Shown: positions 14,935 through 28,545 of the stretch, piece by piece
How the letters are laid out: every line of letters begins with the position of its first letter
Numbering within the stretch: the first letter of the stretch is position 1
NCBI GenBank assembly: GCA_024137785.1
Contig: JAHRHZ010000268.1
Span: 15,952,064-16,016,063 of the forward strand
Length of the DNA: 64,000 nt
Direction: 5' to 3'
From: Ginglymostoma cirratum
Taxonomy: Eukaryota
Position numbers and translations under genes: made by a program
Notes under the pieces: model-generated
Databases searched by the model: none
Told to the model about the DNA's origin: nothing
Seen by the model: only the letters and a program-made list of their open reading frames with translations

Positions 14935-15062
14935 TTCTGATAAAAAAACAGCTACTGACCTAGAACATTAATTTTCTTTTCTTGCAGTGATGCTGCTAGA
15001 CCTGACTGTTTCCAACACTGTTTTCATTTCAAGAGTTCTAGCATCTGCAATGTTTTGCTTTC
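14935..15062 (+). mobile_element. Old decayed Penelope-like terminal fragment
   Basis: gatgctgctagacctg...ttctagcatctgca resembles the family A/C termini. Confidence 0.5.
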
Positions 15063-16027
15063 ATATTTTTAGCTTTGTCTTCTGGAGAATCCAATGCTTA
15101 AACACTTTACAGTTCAGCTAACCCAAAGCATAATCTATCAGTTTTTCAGCTGTTACAGGGACAATATTTTATTTTTATGTGTCTCTCTGTGTGTCTGTGA
15201 TGAGAAGACTGCCTTTTTTGTTTAAAAGCGAGAAAAAGGAAATTGGGATGATTGTAAGTAGTAGGATTAATAGGGCATGCCAGAGTTGAGGCATTTGGCT
15301 TGCTAATGTAAATAAGTCTTGCTTAACACAGAAAAAAGCTTAACAAGTGTAGAGGCTGATGATCAGGATAGTTTGAGTTATAACCACACATCTTAGTAGT
15401 TTACAAAATATGAAAGCATTTTCAAAATTTAAATTATTATCTCCTGTTCTGGCATGTTGGTAAAATTAAACAAACAGACAGAAGCCAAATATAAAATAGT
15501 AATTTTGATTTATAAAGTATTATCTATTAATATTATGCATTAACAATGAGCTATAGCAATCTTGCACTTGCAAGAAGAGAATCATTTACATGACAGTTCA
15601 AATAATGACAAGCAAAAAAAGCACAGATCTATATCTTAAAGAGCTGGCTAGTCTGCCTGGGCTTATCCTTGATCTTTTAAGTCATACTGATCCTTAAAAA
15701 GCCATTTAAGTCCCAAACTCAGCCAGCAGATGGGATCAACCTGAGCAACTAGGGAAACAAAGAACTGTTATTATTCAATGATCTAGTCAGGGCTGTTCTC
15801 AACCTATACCCATGAGAGATCATCATAGTGCATTGTTATTTTTTTTTTAAAATCACACAGATTCAAATGTGACGTTTGATGTGCTCTAAATTTAGCTGTG
15901 AGGGTGTAAATTGTGAGAGGCTGAAGGTCTAAGAACTATGAATGTTCATTAAAAGTAATTTGCCCATTTATCTGCAATTTAATGTAAAATACTTTCCACG
16001 TTGCAAAAATGAACAAGACATGAGATT

Positions 16028-16079
16028 TTATATATCTATAACATAATGTGTGTGTTATATATATACACACACACACACA
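16028..16079. repeat. Compound (TA)/(TG)/(CA) microsatellite
   Basis: Seen directly. Confidence 0.8.
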
Positions 16080-19000
16080 GTTATTTATTTACACTAGCTA
16101 ATCTTTTCTCAGTTAAAAGTCTATTACCTTGACACCAAAGGTTAAATGTTGTCCCCCTCCACACTTAACTAAAATCAAACAAAAAATAGTATTAGGTCAT
16201 TCACTAAGCATGCAAATTACAGCACAAGGGACTTGTTACTTGCATAATTGATGGTTAAAATAATAGACTTTGTTCTATTTTATTCTAAAAGTTAACAGTC
16301 ATGTGGGTAATGAATTATCCTTTGACAAACAATGTGAAACATTCAATTTAGATACCTTGAATCTATACATTGACATTATCTTATACCTCAGCCAAACTGT
16401 TTATATTTAAATACTAAGAATTTAAATTAATCACACTGAGATTGAAATGTCAGCGCTATGATTGGTTGCCACAGTAAAAGCCACATTACAGCCATAATTT
16501 TCACAAACAGGAATGATGTTAAGTGTGCGTAGACAATGAGGTATGTGGGCACTTTGTCATGAATATCTCAATTAGGAAAGTCTCGGTGTGTAAATGCTTA
16601 GGCAGACTGACCTACATAATGTTGCAGCAAAATCAAAATGATATAAATGTTTCACCCACAGAAAATTAAGCAGAATTCAACAAACAAAGATGTAAAAATT
16701 AATTCAAGATGGAAGCTTTACTGACATCTCACATATCTATGCAGAAGCATAGGGGTAGTTGTGATATTAGAAAGCAATATCTGCCATAAACAGAACCAAG
16801 TTCTCAGATAACTCATCACCTTCTGAAAAGGACGTGGAAAAGAAGAGCTATTTTTAAAATGAAGGTGTTCTCTCAATTCTAACCAATTTTTAAAATTGAA
16901 TGGTTCTGATCAAACTGCAAAGCTAGGTCTGGCATGCAGTTACTGAATGAAAAGATTTTACATAATTCTGAACAGCTGTAAATTATAGAGATTTTCCATA
17001 CCATATAGTTATCTAAAACCCATCATTTTCTTCAGGTAATTTGAGATGAAACAAAAATTCAACTCAACATCTCCTGCAATTTTAAAATCAGTATAATTAT
17101 CTAACTCCAAATTAAATGAAAATCTTTCTAAAAAGCACTGAATTTAAATCTAATTTTCTGTTAAGCATGCAAAGAAGAAAAGCCTTGCATAAAATAATGT
17201 ATTACTGTCACTACGCTTGATGCATTAACTTAATGGAATGCAATTTTAAATTAAATATGTATTACCTGTAGACAATGAAAGTCATTGTCAGTGAAAATTG
17301 CTTGAAATTTTTGTAGATGTTGTTTGCAGTTAAGGTAAGGTAGGTCTGAGGAACTCTTTTTCATGAAATGTCAACATCAAGCATTCCCTTATGAATGTAT
17401 GGTAAGCATCCCTTAATCTAGCTCAACAATGCACTTTGGAAATTACATTTCTTTTACCAAAACCAGCCACCTTGGTGTAATCTCCGATTGAGACATGCAA
17501 TGGTGTACCAATTAATGCAGAAACTTCACAGTTTTATATGATGGACTTATACCAACCACCTAGTTGAGAACAAATCCATTTCACTCATAAGCCTTAAAAG
17601 CAGCAGTAATTTTGTTTCTGTGGCCTGAATTTCACCACTATTTTCAAAGGTGACTAAACAGCAAATCCATTCTTAAGAAACCATTTTGAGAAATTAGAGT
17701 TTTACTTTAGCGTTCAAAAAATGCAGCAGAATAGGCTAACTGCTTTTAGGTTTCTGTTCTAAGTCACTCTTAACTGATATTTAAAATCTTTTGATTTTTT
17801 TCACCTTGAGGCCAAAAAAAAAGATATATTTTGTTTGGCAGGTTTACATAGCTCTCTGCATTAAAGCAATTCCCTGGGAATGGGCCCCTGGCCAATATTG
17901 CCAGCAGGTAAATTCCAATTCTATGATAATCCTTTGATTTATACTGTGCTGACTGAAACAACTTTATCTGCCTTCCTAAAGAGTTCATTAACCACCCCAG
18001 CGCACCACCCCTCGTGTTACGTGATGAGTTGTTTCACTGTTTCCAACTGTGTGCCTGTAATCTCCTTTGCTGATAATAAAGTGCCCTAAAACCTACAACT
18101 AAAAATTCCTTCACAATGGCATTGCTTCCAGAGTAACTGCACAAACAGACTTTAAAACTGTTCCACAGGATCCTGTTCGATCACAACATGGAATTGAAAC
18201 TCAATTAAAAATACTTTCCATTCTCCCCCACACTTCACTTGGCTTATCACCATTTACTAAAAAAAAGTACCATTCTCACCTTTCTTTCCAAGTATATATA
18301 GCTCTCTGTCTGCCATATATCTCTGAATGCATCTGTGAACACCATATGGCTTCATATGTAAGATGACTATGCTTATTTTGGAAATTGTGCTAGCTTTTAA
18401 AAGTGTATTTTTATATGGATAATTTGCAGTTAAATAAAATATTAATATTATATTTCCACGTTGTTTTAAAATATTTTTTAACACAAGAAAGGTACTCGTC
18501 TTCTTGATTTATGTGAATTCTTCATTGAGTTAATAATAATAATAATCTAACTGACGCTAATTAGGAACTGTAGGCTGGACTCTCCTGTGAGCTTCACCCT
18601 TCGACATCGGGCCAAAAAGTGGTTTGCATTTTGCAACTTTACCACAGGGCTCCTGATTGCCTGTGGTTTTGCTGTCCAATTAAAAGATGGTGGGCAGGCT
18701 CTTAACACTGTCAACTTGGAAGACCGGCAGCTCTGGAGCCTCAAACTACCACTGGGAGAGATGAGCGCTGAAGCAGTGAGGAAATCACAAAGGCACCTTA
18801 ACATGGAGATGCCTTTGGGCAGGAATGTACAAGTTAAAATGTAAATAGGCTATGAGGACAGTATGCCCCTTGGGATGGAGGAAGAATCACTCCAAGGGGA
18901 TTGTTGGAGCTACAGGGCTGCTATATCTGCCCACAGCCCTGGTTTTGGAGGGGGGCATAGAGCTTTAGGCTCTAATGGCCGCTCGGTCTGCTGCTGGACA

Positions 19001-20489
19001 TTGTTGCTATGAAGCTGGTAGCTGCCTCATGGAAGTGGGTTCATTCCACCCCTGAAAATACCAGGTGACCCATAAAATGGTCTGAAAATTAGCCTTAATT
19101 ATGCAAATTGACTGCTTAATTGACTGTGGAGTAGGAAGTCCATTTCCCTTGGCATTCACCATTAGCAAGCTACCCAGACTACGGGAGACCAATAGGAAGC
19201 CGTCCTAACATTGATCCTTGCTCTTTTACCAATAATCCACCTCCATTCCTGCTGCTCAAGGTATGGTAAAATTCAATCTTACATTATTAATGCTTCGATT
19301 GTGGCAGGAGACTTTGAAATGTGACCACAGTCTCACTTCACTGTTAATGGCAAGATCAACACGCCTGAAAAATAAATAAGAAAGTTCTTCTGCACAAAGG
19401 AGGAAAATCACATACTGCAGCCCAGCTTTAAAAGCATAAAGCAATTAGTTGTTTTTCAGGCACGGAACTCTGTCAAATTTAGTCTTATTTCTGAAGTACC
19501 TTGCTGTTTTTGCTTGTCCAAATTCCGCATCGCAGAATTTTACGGATTACTTACAAGTTAGTTTGAGATGAATGAATGCTTTTGTCACAGAATGTAACTT
19601 TAGAATGCTGTAAGTCAAACCACTTGCCTTACAGTGGTTGGGTTGAACTGGATTATGATGCAAGTCTATCTTTTGCATACAAAATTTAAATCAGGAAAAA
19701 AGGAGGTATTACGAAACGTTGAGCCAAACTACCATATGTAGTAATGATGCCGACTGAAACCTGCACTGTCTGAAAGAACAACTGGTGAGTTACAAAGGGT
19801 GTTCTCACAATCCAGTATCACCATACTTGCAAAGAAAAGAAAATATTTATATAGTTTTTTATTAAGTCTATCATATGTCTCAAAACACTTGATAATTATT
19901 TTTGTTACTGCTCAATAACTCTTCATATTATGTACGGGAAACAAAGGAAACTATCCCATGCTAAATTTGCCAAATTTTGGCTGGTTCAACATCTTACGAA
20001 CTTAAACGAATCAGACACAAGTATCAGAATGAACTTGACCTGCCTTATCAAATGCTGAAACGTTGAAGTTGAGCCATTTTTAAAATCTTATCTTTTGGAA
20101 AATTATGTCAGAATAATCTGCAGGCAGTCTCCTCCTGCATTTATAACGCCCACATGTTTTACTTTTGTCTGATTAAAAGACTTAATTCAGTAGACTGGAA
20201 TTGCTCCTTCATGTGCGCAAACATAGTTGAAATGAAGAAGCGTTGTAAGGGTAATATAGCCTTCCATTCTGTGTTATTGTCTTTAACAGGAAATCAACTA
20301 GAACTAGAGGAGCAACCTCTGTGACATTTTTATTTAAATCACTGAGTTTATCTTCCAGTAAGTGGGAGATATTTAGCATCATTGTCCAAAGTATTCACCT
20401 CCATGTTCCAAAATAATAGTGAAATATGATGAAGATGGGCTTTTTGCACACTAAAATAAAAATTGCACTATTATAATGTTTGTCATGGT

Positions 20490-20715
20490 CTCAGAGTATC
20501 CTAAATAATTTTGTAATCTTGCACACCACAAGATGCGTGGCAGCAATGAAATAAAATGATCAGATCATCTGTTGTGAGTGATTTTCAATCGGGGTTAGAT
20601 CTTTGTCAATTCCCTGGAAAGATCTCTCTTGCTCTTCTTTGAATAGTGGCGTGAGGTCTTTTTATGCCCAATGATGCATATGGATTGTCAGTTTAATGTC
20701 TCATCCAAAACAGCT
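20490..20715 (-). mobile_element. DeuSINE (SacSINE1/AmnSINE1-like Deu domain) remnant
   Basis: Minus strand ggatgagacattaaac...aaaaagacctcacgccactattcaaagaagagcaagagag...aacagatgatctgatcattt matches the remembered Deu-domain consensus. Confidence 0.6.
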
Positions 20716-21549
20716 TGCGTTGAAGGCTTTATTGCATCATGTGGAAAACAAAAAAAAAAAGTCAATATTGCATCATCGCTTCAAAATTCTCCCTTGCCTG
20801 GAGTCACAGATAAAAAAGCAAAGATTAAACCAGTGCTGAGTTTACATAGAATTTTCATTCTGTCTCCCCCAGATGAATGCAATTAATTTATTTTAATTGT
20901 GCTTATACTGGAATGTATGCCACGGCCAAGTAAGTGCAGTACAAGTTGGAAGGGCTTTACCCCATTAGTTCTGCTTATGATGCAAAACCAATGGTTGGAC
21001 AGTTTTATATCTTTTCAATGGGAATAGCTATCCTATATAACTGAAATAAATTTCACATGTTGACCTAACTGTTGGCATTAGCAAGATATCATCAGTCCTG
21101 ACCCAACTAAGCAAACACCCGCCTTTTCTTTCTGCATGGTTTTCTCTAGCCAAATGACTGTTCTTTTCAAAAATCCAAGTAACAGGTAAAAGCACCCTTG
21201 AAGCATAAAATTACCTGCCACCAGGGTAACAGGCCACACGTTTGATTCCAAGCCTGCACTAAATTAGTGGTAAACACAGATGAGAGATTACAATTGCTGA
21301 TAATATAACTCCGCTTTTATGGATAATATCATCCTTGGTTCACACAAAACTGTTATCCAGTGATCATTACTGGAGAGTAAACGTGGATATGCAAAATCAC
21401 AATTAACAATTAAATCCCATTTATTATATTTAATTCAAATTCTAACATCTGCCATGGTGGGATTTAAACCCGTTTGCATACATTAATCTGGCGTTCCGGA
21501 TTAGTTGTCCGGTGATGTTACCATTATATCACTACCTCTCCCTAATTAT

Positions 21550-22640
21550 ATCCTAACCATGGATTTGTAAAGGCTCAGCATAACTTTCCTGCTTTTTACT
21601 CAATGCCAGTATTTGTGTAGCCCAAGATCCAAAAAACTTTGCTACCTCCTCTCTCAATAGATCAATAAATCCTCTCTTCAAAAGATCAGCACACACAAAC
21701 CCTAGGTTCCTCTAACTCTTCATACATTTTGGAACTTGGATGTTAAGTCTAGTTTGATTCTCCCTATTCCTTCTGCCAAAATGTATAATTCACACTTACT
21801 GTTTTATATGGATATTTTAAATCAAACTGTTCAGAGATATTATGACATACTTCTGGACCAGGTGGGACTTCTGGCACAGAGATAGGGACACTATCACTGC
21901 ACCACAAGAGATATTGCATCTACCATCCAGATGTCCATTCTACTAATCAATTTATTTCCTATTGCAGTTAACTTGTGTCATCCTCACTCCATGCCATTTC
22001 TCCAAGTTTATCTTTGGCAAATTTTGAAATTTTACATATTTCAATATCTAGATAATCTGTATAAGTCAAAGAAAAAGGTCTCAATATTGTTCCTTGGAGA
22101 AAACCACTCCAATTTGAAAAACAACAATTTATCACGAATCGCTTTTCTGCGCTTAAGCTTTTTTTTTAAGAACTGGCACTGACCTTCCTATTTCCTGAGC
22201 CATAGTTTTGTTAACAAGCCTTTTTATATGGCACTAAGTCAAATACTTCCATAAAATCAACATAGGTAATGTTCATTGTATTCCCTTTATCAACCTTCCC
22301 TTACTTCATCAAACCATACAGTTAGGTTAGACAAGCATGATCAATCCATTACAAATTCATGCTGGCTGTCCTTAACTAACTCAAACCTCTCCAAGCACTT
22401 GTTGACTTTTCCTCCTATTTGTCTAAAACTTCACTCATCATGATGTTAAACTAATTGGTCTGTAGTTGGTAAGACTGACCCTAAAAACACCCTTTCTTGA
22501 ATTAAGGTGCTATATTTATCAATTCAGTAATCTTCTGGCACTTCCCTCTGTACCTAGGGAAGATCAGAAAATTATGTTAAATCCTTCCATTATCTCCAAC
22601 CCAACTTTAACAACCTGGGAAAGAAGCCATCCAGACCTAC
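21550..22640 (-). mobile_element. Decayed CR1 LINE reverse-transcriptase fragments
   Basis: Minus strand reads DSQHEFVMD*SCLSNL...VDKGNTMNITYVDFMEVFD at ~22240-22372, the QHGF/SCLTNL/DFSKAFD block. Confidence 0.7.
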
Positions 22641-23229
22641 TGACTAATCCCTGTTAAGACATCTTTTTATTTTCTGTATTTTTGATTGTGGATTGAAATG
22701 GGCAGAGGACTGTTTTAATTTCACCCGAGCAACAAAAGCTGGCCTAGCCAACAACATCCAGGTTCCATGAACAACAACAAAAAGAGAGTATTACACCTAG
22801 TGCTGGTCACTGCACCCAGAGAAGGCTGGCACCTCTTTTTGCTATGGATTTGTTGCCCAATGGTTCGGATTAGGGGAAATAAACACATAATAGAACCAAA
22901 TCTTTTCACTGTGTCTTCAATAGGTGTCTAGGGAAAATATTTTCTACTTACCTAGCCTGTTGAGAAGATCAATTTTGGAGCAGAGTCTCATTGCTTTATT
23001 CTTTCCAGCCATATTAAGCAGTGCTGTCACAGTTTTAGTGCAAACTGTATTCTGTCAACAATAATGGGGATTCAACAGCCAAGATATTGTAGCTTAATGG
23101 GTGCTAACGTGTGATTGAACAGCTGTAAGAGCTCGCATGTCTAATGTGTTATAAGTATTTCCTTGATCATTTACCATTCAAGTACATGTCTATGTACAGT
23201 ATAATTGGCTGCAACAATACCACATTCAA

Positions 23230-23765
23230 TGGGCCATTCTCTGCCAGTGTCACCACCTCCAACATGATACCTCCAAGCTGATCTTTGCCTTCGCTTTCAG
23301 CATTCCAAAGGGATTGTACCCTGCAGAATAACTGATCTACTCCCCAGTCATCTCACCACCCTCACTCCATTTCACAGAACCACCTCATGTACCACTGGTT
23401 CTTTTACCTCCTCTCTTTTCACTGTTCAAACCAACAAGCACTCCTGTGTGAAACACCGACTTAATTGTACTTCTTTCGATTTAATATATTGTACTCACTG
23501 CTTGGGTTGGAGTCCTCTCTGCTTTTTTTTTTAAAATTGATTGGGTGATCACTTTGCAGAACATCTTCATTTAGGGTCACTCTTGTGAGCTAAGCTGCCA
23601 ATCACCTGATGCTCTGCTTCATGCCCATTCTGATCTCTCGGTCTTCAGCCTCCTGCTCTGTTCCGGTAAGCAAGAACTGTAATCTCAAAAGGAGAGCACC
23701 TTGTCTTTTGCTCTGACGCTTCATAGCTTCATAGACTCAACAATGAGTTCAACAATTTCAGATCA
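23230..23765 (+). pseudogene. Decayed Penelope-like element ORF C-terminus (GIY-YIG endonuclease region)
   Basis: Same-frame peptides KHRLNCTSFDLIYCTHC (23451), LGDHFAEHL (23541) and LNNEFNNFR (23736) resemble vertebrate PLE endonuclease motifs; stops present. Confidence 0.7.
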
Positions 23766-23823
23766 AAACCCTTGTCCCCATCTTTACAAACAACAGCTAT
23801 TGGTAATGGTTTTGTTGTTATTT

Positions 23824-24113
23824 AGGGGAGGCAATGGTCTAGTAGTATTATCACTAGTCCTTTAACTCAGACAATGTTCTGGGGATCCAGAATTCAATGA
23901 AAATCTGGAATTAAGGATCTAATGATAACCATGAAACAACTGTCGATGGTCTGAAAAGCCTGTTTCACTAATGTCCCAGAAGGAAGAAAATTGCTTTCCT
24001 CACCTGGTCTGGTCTGGCCTACATGTGACTCCAGACTCACAGCAACATGGTTGACTCTAACTAGATGGGCAATAAATGCTGGCCTAGCCAGTAATATCCA
24101 CATTGCAAATGAA
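23824..24113 (+). mobile_element. tRNA-derived SINE with LINE-like tail (gatgggcaataaatgctggcc)
   Basis: A-box-like tggtctagtag; body homologous to the copies at 26056 (+) and 27365 (-). Confidence 0.75.
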
Positions 24114-24267
24114 GTTTACCTTCTCTAGTCATTATCCCTCTTGACATTTCATTTCTTCTGCTTCTCAGCTTATTATAGACTTTACAATTTTTTAAATAAA
24201 GATTCTATTACTCCCTCTCCAGATTTCATCTGAGCTGCTGAGTATTTCCAACACTTTGTTTTTATGT

Positions 24268-24390
24268 CAGAGATAGTAGGAACTGCCGATGCTGGAACTG
24301 CCGATAACACAGTATGGAGCTGGAGGAACACAGCAGGCCAGGCAGCATCAGAGGAGCAGGAAAGTTTCGGATCTGGACCCTTCTTCAGTT
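24268..24390 (-). mobile_element. Single-arm Penelope-like family A fragment
   Basis: Homologous to the left arms at 12752, 24885, 34780 and 61782; internal duplication of ggaactgccgat. Confidence 0.75.
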
Positions 24391-24884
24391 TTTGTCAGTT
24401 TTTTTTCCCCTGTTTGGAGTCTCTTGGAGGACAGCTTCAGGGACTATTAGATTTGATGATGTCCCACATTCAGAGTCCTTGCCAACACATACACGGTTGA
24501 GGTGGATATTTTCATCTGGGTGCCAATTTTGGCTTTCCTTTTCACAAGGCAGAATGCAGCCTTTTCTTGTAATTCTCACAATGTTGGCCATTTAAAATGG
24601 CCAGTAGTTAGAGATCATGTGGACTATTGCTCAATTGTGATTTTCCCTCATTCCTCTGGAGGTTGTTCACAATTTTAAAAGTTGTTCTAAGCTCCATCAG
24701 GTCAGTTGCTTAAAATAGTGAGCATCTGATTCATTGGCCAGGCAGCTCCCAGGTCAAATCTCCATATTACAGTCAGAGTAAGGGCAGGGTTCTTGAATTC
24801 CCATTGGTAGCCCTCAGTTAGGAAACTAATTTACTTCATCCTGATTATTATCCAATCACACTGTGTACAACAGATGAAAACAGT

Positions 24885-25230
24885 TTCAGAGATAGTAGGA
24901 ACTGCCGATGCTGGAGAATCTGAGATAACAAGGTGTAAAGCTGGATGAACACAGCAGGTCAAGCAGCATCAGAGGAGCAGGAAAGCTGATGTTTCAGGCC
25001 TAGATCCTTCTTCAGAAATGATAACGTTCAGGCCAGGAGGGTGAATAGCTGTTAACGGGGTCTGTTAGTGACTAACAATAGGTAGCGTGTTATGGCAGAC
25101 AAGATGATAACAAGGCCTGGTGTGTGGGGTAGGGGGCTAGGACATGAAATTCTGAAGAAGGGTCTTAGCCCGAAATGTCAGCTTTCCTGCTCGGCCTGCT
25201 GTGTTCACCCACCTCTGCACCTTGTTATCT
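24885..25230. mobile_element. Fold-back Penelope-like insert, family A, with ~130 bp internal segment and 14 bp TSD
   Basis: Inverted diverged arms; TSD cagatgaaaacagt at 24871-24884 and 25231-25244; hammerhead-like CTGAAGA...GAAATGTC at 25152-25179 (+). Confidence 0.85.
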
Positions 25231-26052
25231 CAGATGAAAACAGTAATAGTCTTTACACGATGCCTGCTTGAATGAAGTACCTGCTGGTACTCTCAGTCTG
25301 GACTCATACATTTAAAGGATGGTAACTTGGAAAGGTATGGTGCACAGGACATCACAGATAAGCCCACCATTCCTTCAATTAGTCCTTTGGAATTGTCATT
25401 GAGTCAAACACAATAACTGTCCACAATTGAAACAATCCTCCACAGTACATTCCCAAAACAGAAGGAGCATGGCTGATGGTTAACTGTAGATGGGAAGAAA
25501 CATGCATTGACTTCTGTCTCAGATCTCCTGTCTTAAAAGATTACTATACTACAGTGTTATGATTTTTCCCCTGCTGGTCATTAAAAGCAACTACCTTAAA
25601 TATTAAATTATAAGCACAGAATTAGTTCAGTATTGTTAGCAATCACAATGGTTGAGATTCTATTACCTATAATCATATCTCCTGACCAGACATAAATTCT
25701 CAATTTACAGGTTTAATGTGATGTGATCTGAACAAACAATTAGGATATCTGCGATGAAGGAAACCAGACAGCAGGAAGTATCGAAAGGTCATGAGGGAGG
25801 ACAACAAAAACAAGAACTTAAATGTATAAGTGCCTTTATCACAATGAAACAACACATGGTGCTTCATAGAAACATGACAAAACAAAACATGATACCATGT
25901 CATAAAAGAAGATACTAGGTCAAAAACTCATTCAAAGAAGTTGGTGTCTTGAAGGAGCAAGGTCCAAGAAAGAGCAGAGAATGTAGAGGGGGAATTCCAG
26001 GGCTTGGGGGCTTGGAAGCATGAACACCAGTGGTGGGAGATACAATGGCATT

Positions 26053-27190
26053 GTGGTATTGTCACTAGTACAACTGCCTAGTAATTTAGAGATGCAGGAT
26101 GTATTCTTGGGACCTGGGTTGGAATCTGACCATGACACCATGGAATTTGCATTTTTTAAAAAAATCTGGAAAAATGGCAGTGCACCAATTGTAAAAATCT
26201 CATCTGGATCTCTAATGGTCTTTACGGAAGGAAATCTGTAGTCCTCACCTCGTCTGGCCTACATGAGATGCCAGACCCCCACAGCATTTAAAAAGCATCT
26301 GGATGGGTAAGTGAATAGGAATGGTTTACAGGAATATGGGTCAAATGCTGGCAAATGGAACTGGATTTACTTAGGGTAATTGATTGGATTGGACGAGTTG
26401 GCCTGACGGGTCTGTTTCCATGCTGTACATCTCTTTGACTCTACGCAGCCAAATCTTTACCGCTCTCTGAAATGGCCCAGCAAGCCACTCAATCAAATTA
26501 AGAAAAGGAATGACACCAAACACCACACCAGGCATTGACCTAGCCATCAGAAACAACAAGAGCAAATTCAGTTCCGTCGACCCTGCAAAATCCTCCTCAC
26601 CAACATTTGAGAGCTAGTGTCAAAACCACAACAGCTGTTTCACAGTCTAATTAAGGAACAATCCCATACTGTCATGCTCATAAAATCATATCTTACACAC
26701 GATGTGCTAGACACTACCATCACTACTGTGTAGGTCCTGTCCCACCAGCGACACACACCCTATAAAGGCGGTAGAGGGAGTTGTCCTGGGACTAATCAAC
26801 ACCACATCCGGATCCCATGAAGTCTCATGGCACGGAGTCAGTTAGGGGCAGGGAAACCCCCTCCTGAATGTCACATACTGCCACACTCTCCTGGCTGATA
26901 AATCAGTAATCCTCAATATTCCTCCATGTTAAACACAACTTAGAGGAAGCACTGAGGGTGGCAAGGACAGAAAATGTACTCTGGGAGGGGGAATTCAATG
27001 TCCACTACCAGGGTGACTCAGCAGCAGCGTCACTGATCGACCTGAAGGACACAGTTCCTAGTCTGGGTCTGCAGCAGGTGGTGAGGGAACCGACAAGACA
27101 GAAAAACATACATGACCCTTTTCTTATCAACCTGCTGGCTGCAGATACATCTGCCCATCAAATTATCAGTAAGAATGATAACCTGCGCCA
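26053..27190 (+). mobile_element. tRNA-SINE-like head continuing into a decayed LINE APE-endonuclease region; interrupted by a CR1 3' end at ~26287-26443
   Basis: NVLWEGEFNVH (GDFN-like) and GLQQVVREPTR..NIHDPFLINL (PT...LD-like) motifs in ORF 26958-27221. Confidence 0.7.
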
Positions 27191-27249
27191 AGTTAGAAAG
27201 TTGCCCTCCCAACTGCCCTAGCAGTACAGCCCACAAAGAACTGTTGACA

Positions 27250-28135
27250 CCTGAGCAGAGCTAGGTCTTTTTCCCCCAGAGCCATTGCCCATGTCCCAGA
27301 AATTTAAAGCCCCCCCTCCTGCACTATCTTTCCATTCGTTCATCTGCTTTATCCTCCTGTTTTATTTTATTTATTCATGGGATGAGGGTGTCACTGGCCA
27401 GGCTGATCCCTAATTGCCCAGAGTTAACAGTCAACCACGTTGATGTGGGTCTGGAGTCACAAGCAGGTCAGAACAGATAACGATGGCAGTTTGCTTCCCT
27501 AAGGGACGTTAGTGAACCAGATGGGTTTTTATGACAATTGACAATAGTTTCATGTTTCCAGACTTTTTTTTTTAAATTGAATTCAAATTCCACCATCTGC
27601 TGTGGCAGGATTCAAACCTGGGTCCCCTGAACATTACCCGAGTTTCTGGATTAACAGTCCAGCAATAATACCATTAGACTATTATCTCCCTTTTCTACAC
27701 TCACTTGCACTTAGATTACTCAATTAACACTTGGAGTAATTCAGTGATCATTACACTTAAGTCCTGCTCGCTAATTTTCTCCTGAGCTGCCTCAATTCTG
27801 ATTTCAGAACCAAATCATCTTTCCTACCCATTGGTACCAAAATGAAAAATGACCTCTGGCTGTTCACCCTTTCCCAGATCAAAGTCCTGCAGCCTCTCTG
27901 CGACATCCTTGGCTCTGGTAGAAGGAAGGCACATAGACCGTCCATGGCCACAAAAACCATTGGTTGTTCCCCTAATGAAGAGAATCCCCTATCACTGTAC
28001 TCCTCTTTTTTCTTCGTTCCCCTCTGTACGTCTGAGCCATGTGCAGTGCCACAAATTGAGGAACCAGTCCATGAATTCCCACTGAGTACAGGCCACTCAT
28101 TCCACCTGACCGACAGCTGTACCTCCATGTTGTAA
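27250..28135 (-). mobile_element. Decayed CR1-type LINE ORF1 (SGNH esterase-like), split by a SINE
   Basis: GRKDDLVLKSELRQLRRKLASRT and frameshifted GDS / LPGA-like motifs; homology resumes left of the SINE. Confidence 0.65.
27362..27690 (-). mobile_element. Near full-length tRNA-derived SINE, same family as 23824
   Basis: Head, B-box-like ggtttgaatcc, body and A-rich tail all present on the minus strand. Confidence 0.8.
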
Positions 28136-28545
28136 ACTTATTTCCTTTATTCTACTGGAACTTACTTATATTACTTTATTATATTGGCCCTAACTTTCAC
28201 TTATTCCTGATATATCTCAGTTAAACTGCCTACACCAAATGGACTGCAGCAGTTCAAGGAGGTAACTTCCCAATACAAGTCTCAAAGACATCTAGAAATG
28301 GGCAATAAACTCACATCCCATGAACGAATAAGTACATTATAGGAGACCAACCAGGGGTGTATTGAAATAGTAAAGTTTAGAAGTAATGAAGGTATGGATT
28401 AGTCTTTCAGCCACGTACACTTAGACAAGAGTGGAATAGAACAATGTTATGCAGCTAGAAGAAATGACAAATATGACAGCAGAAGCTCACCTTAGGATCA
28501 AATATGACACTGCTGCTGCAAACTGAATGACTTAGTCTTAGACTG

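Noticed and set aside
18570-19280. Possible old MITE-like element ending ggtaaaattcaatc (similar ends at ~13920 and ~38460)
   Set aside because: Matching terminal repeats and TSDs could not be established by eye
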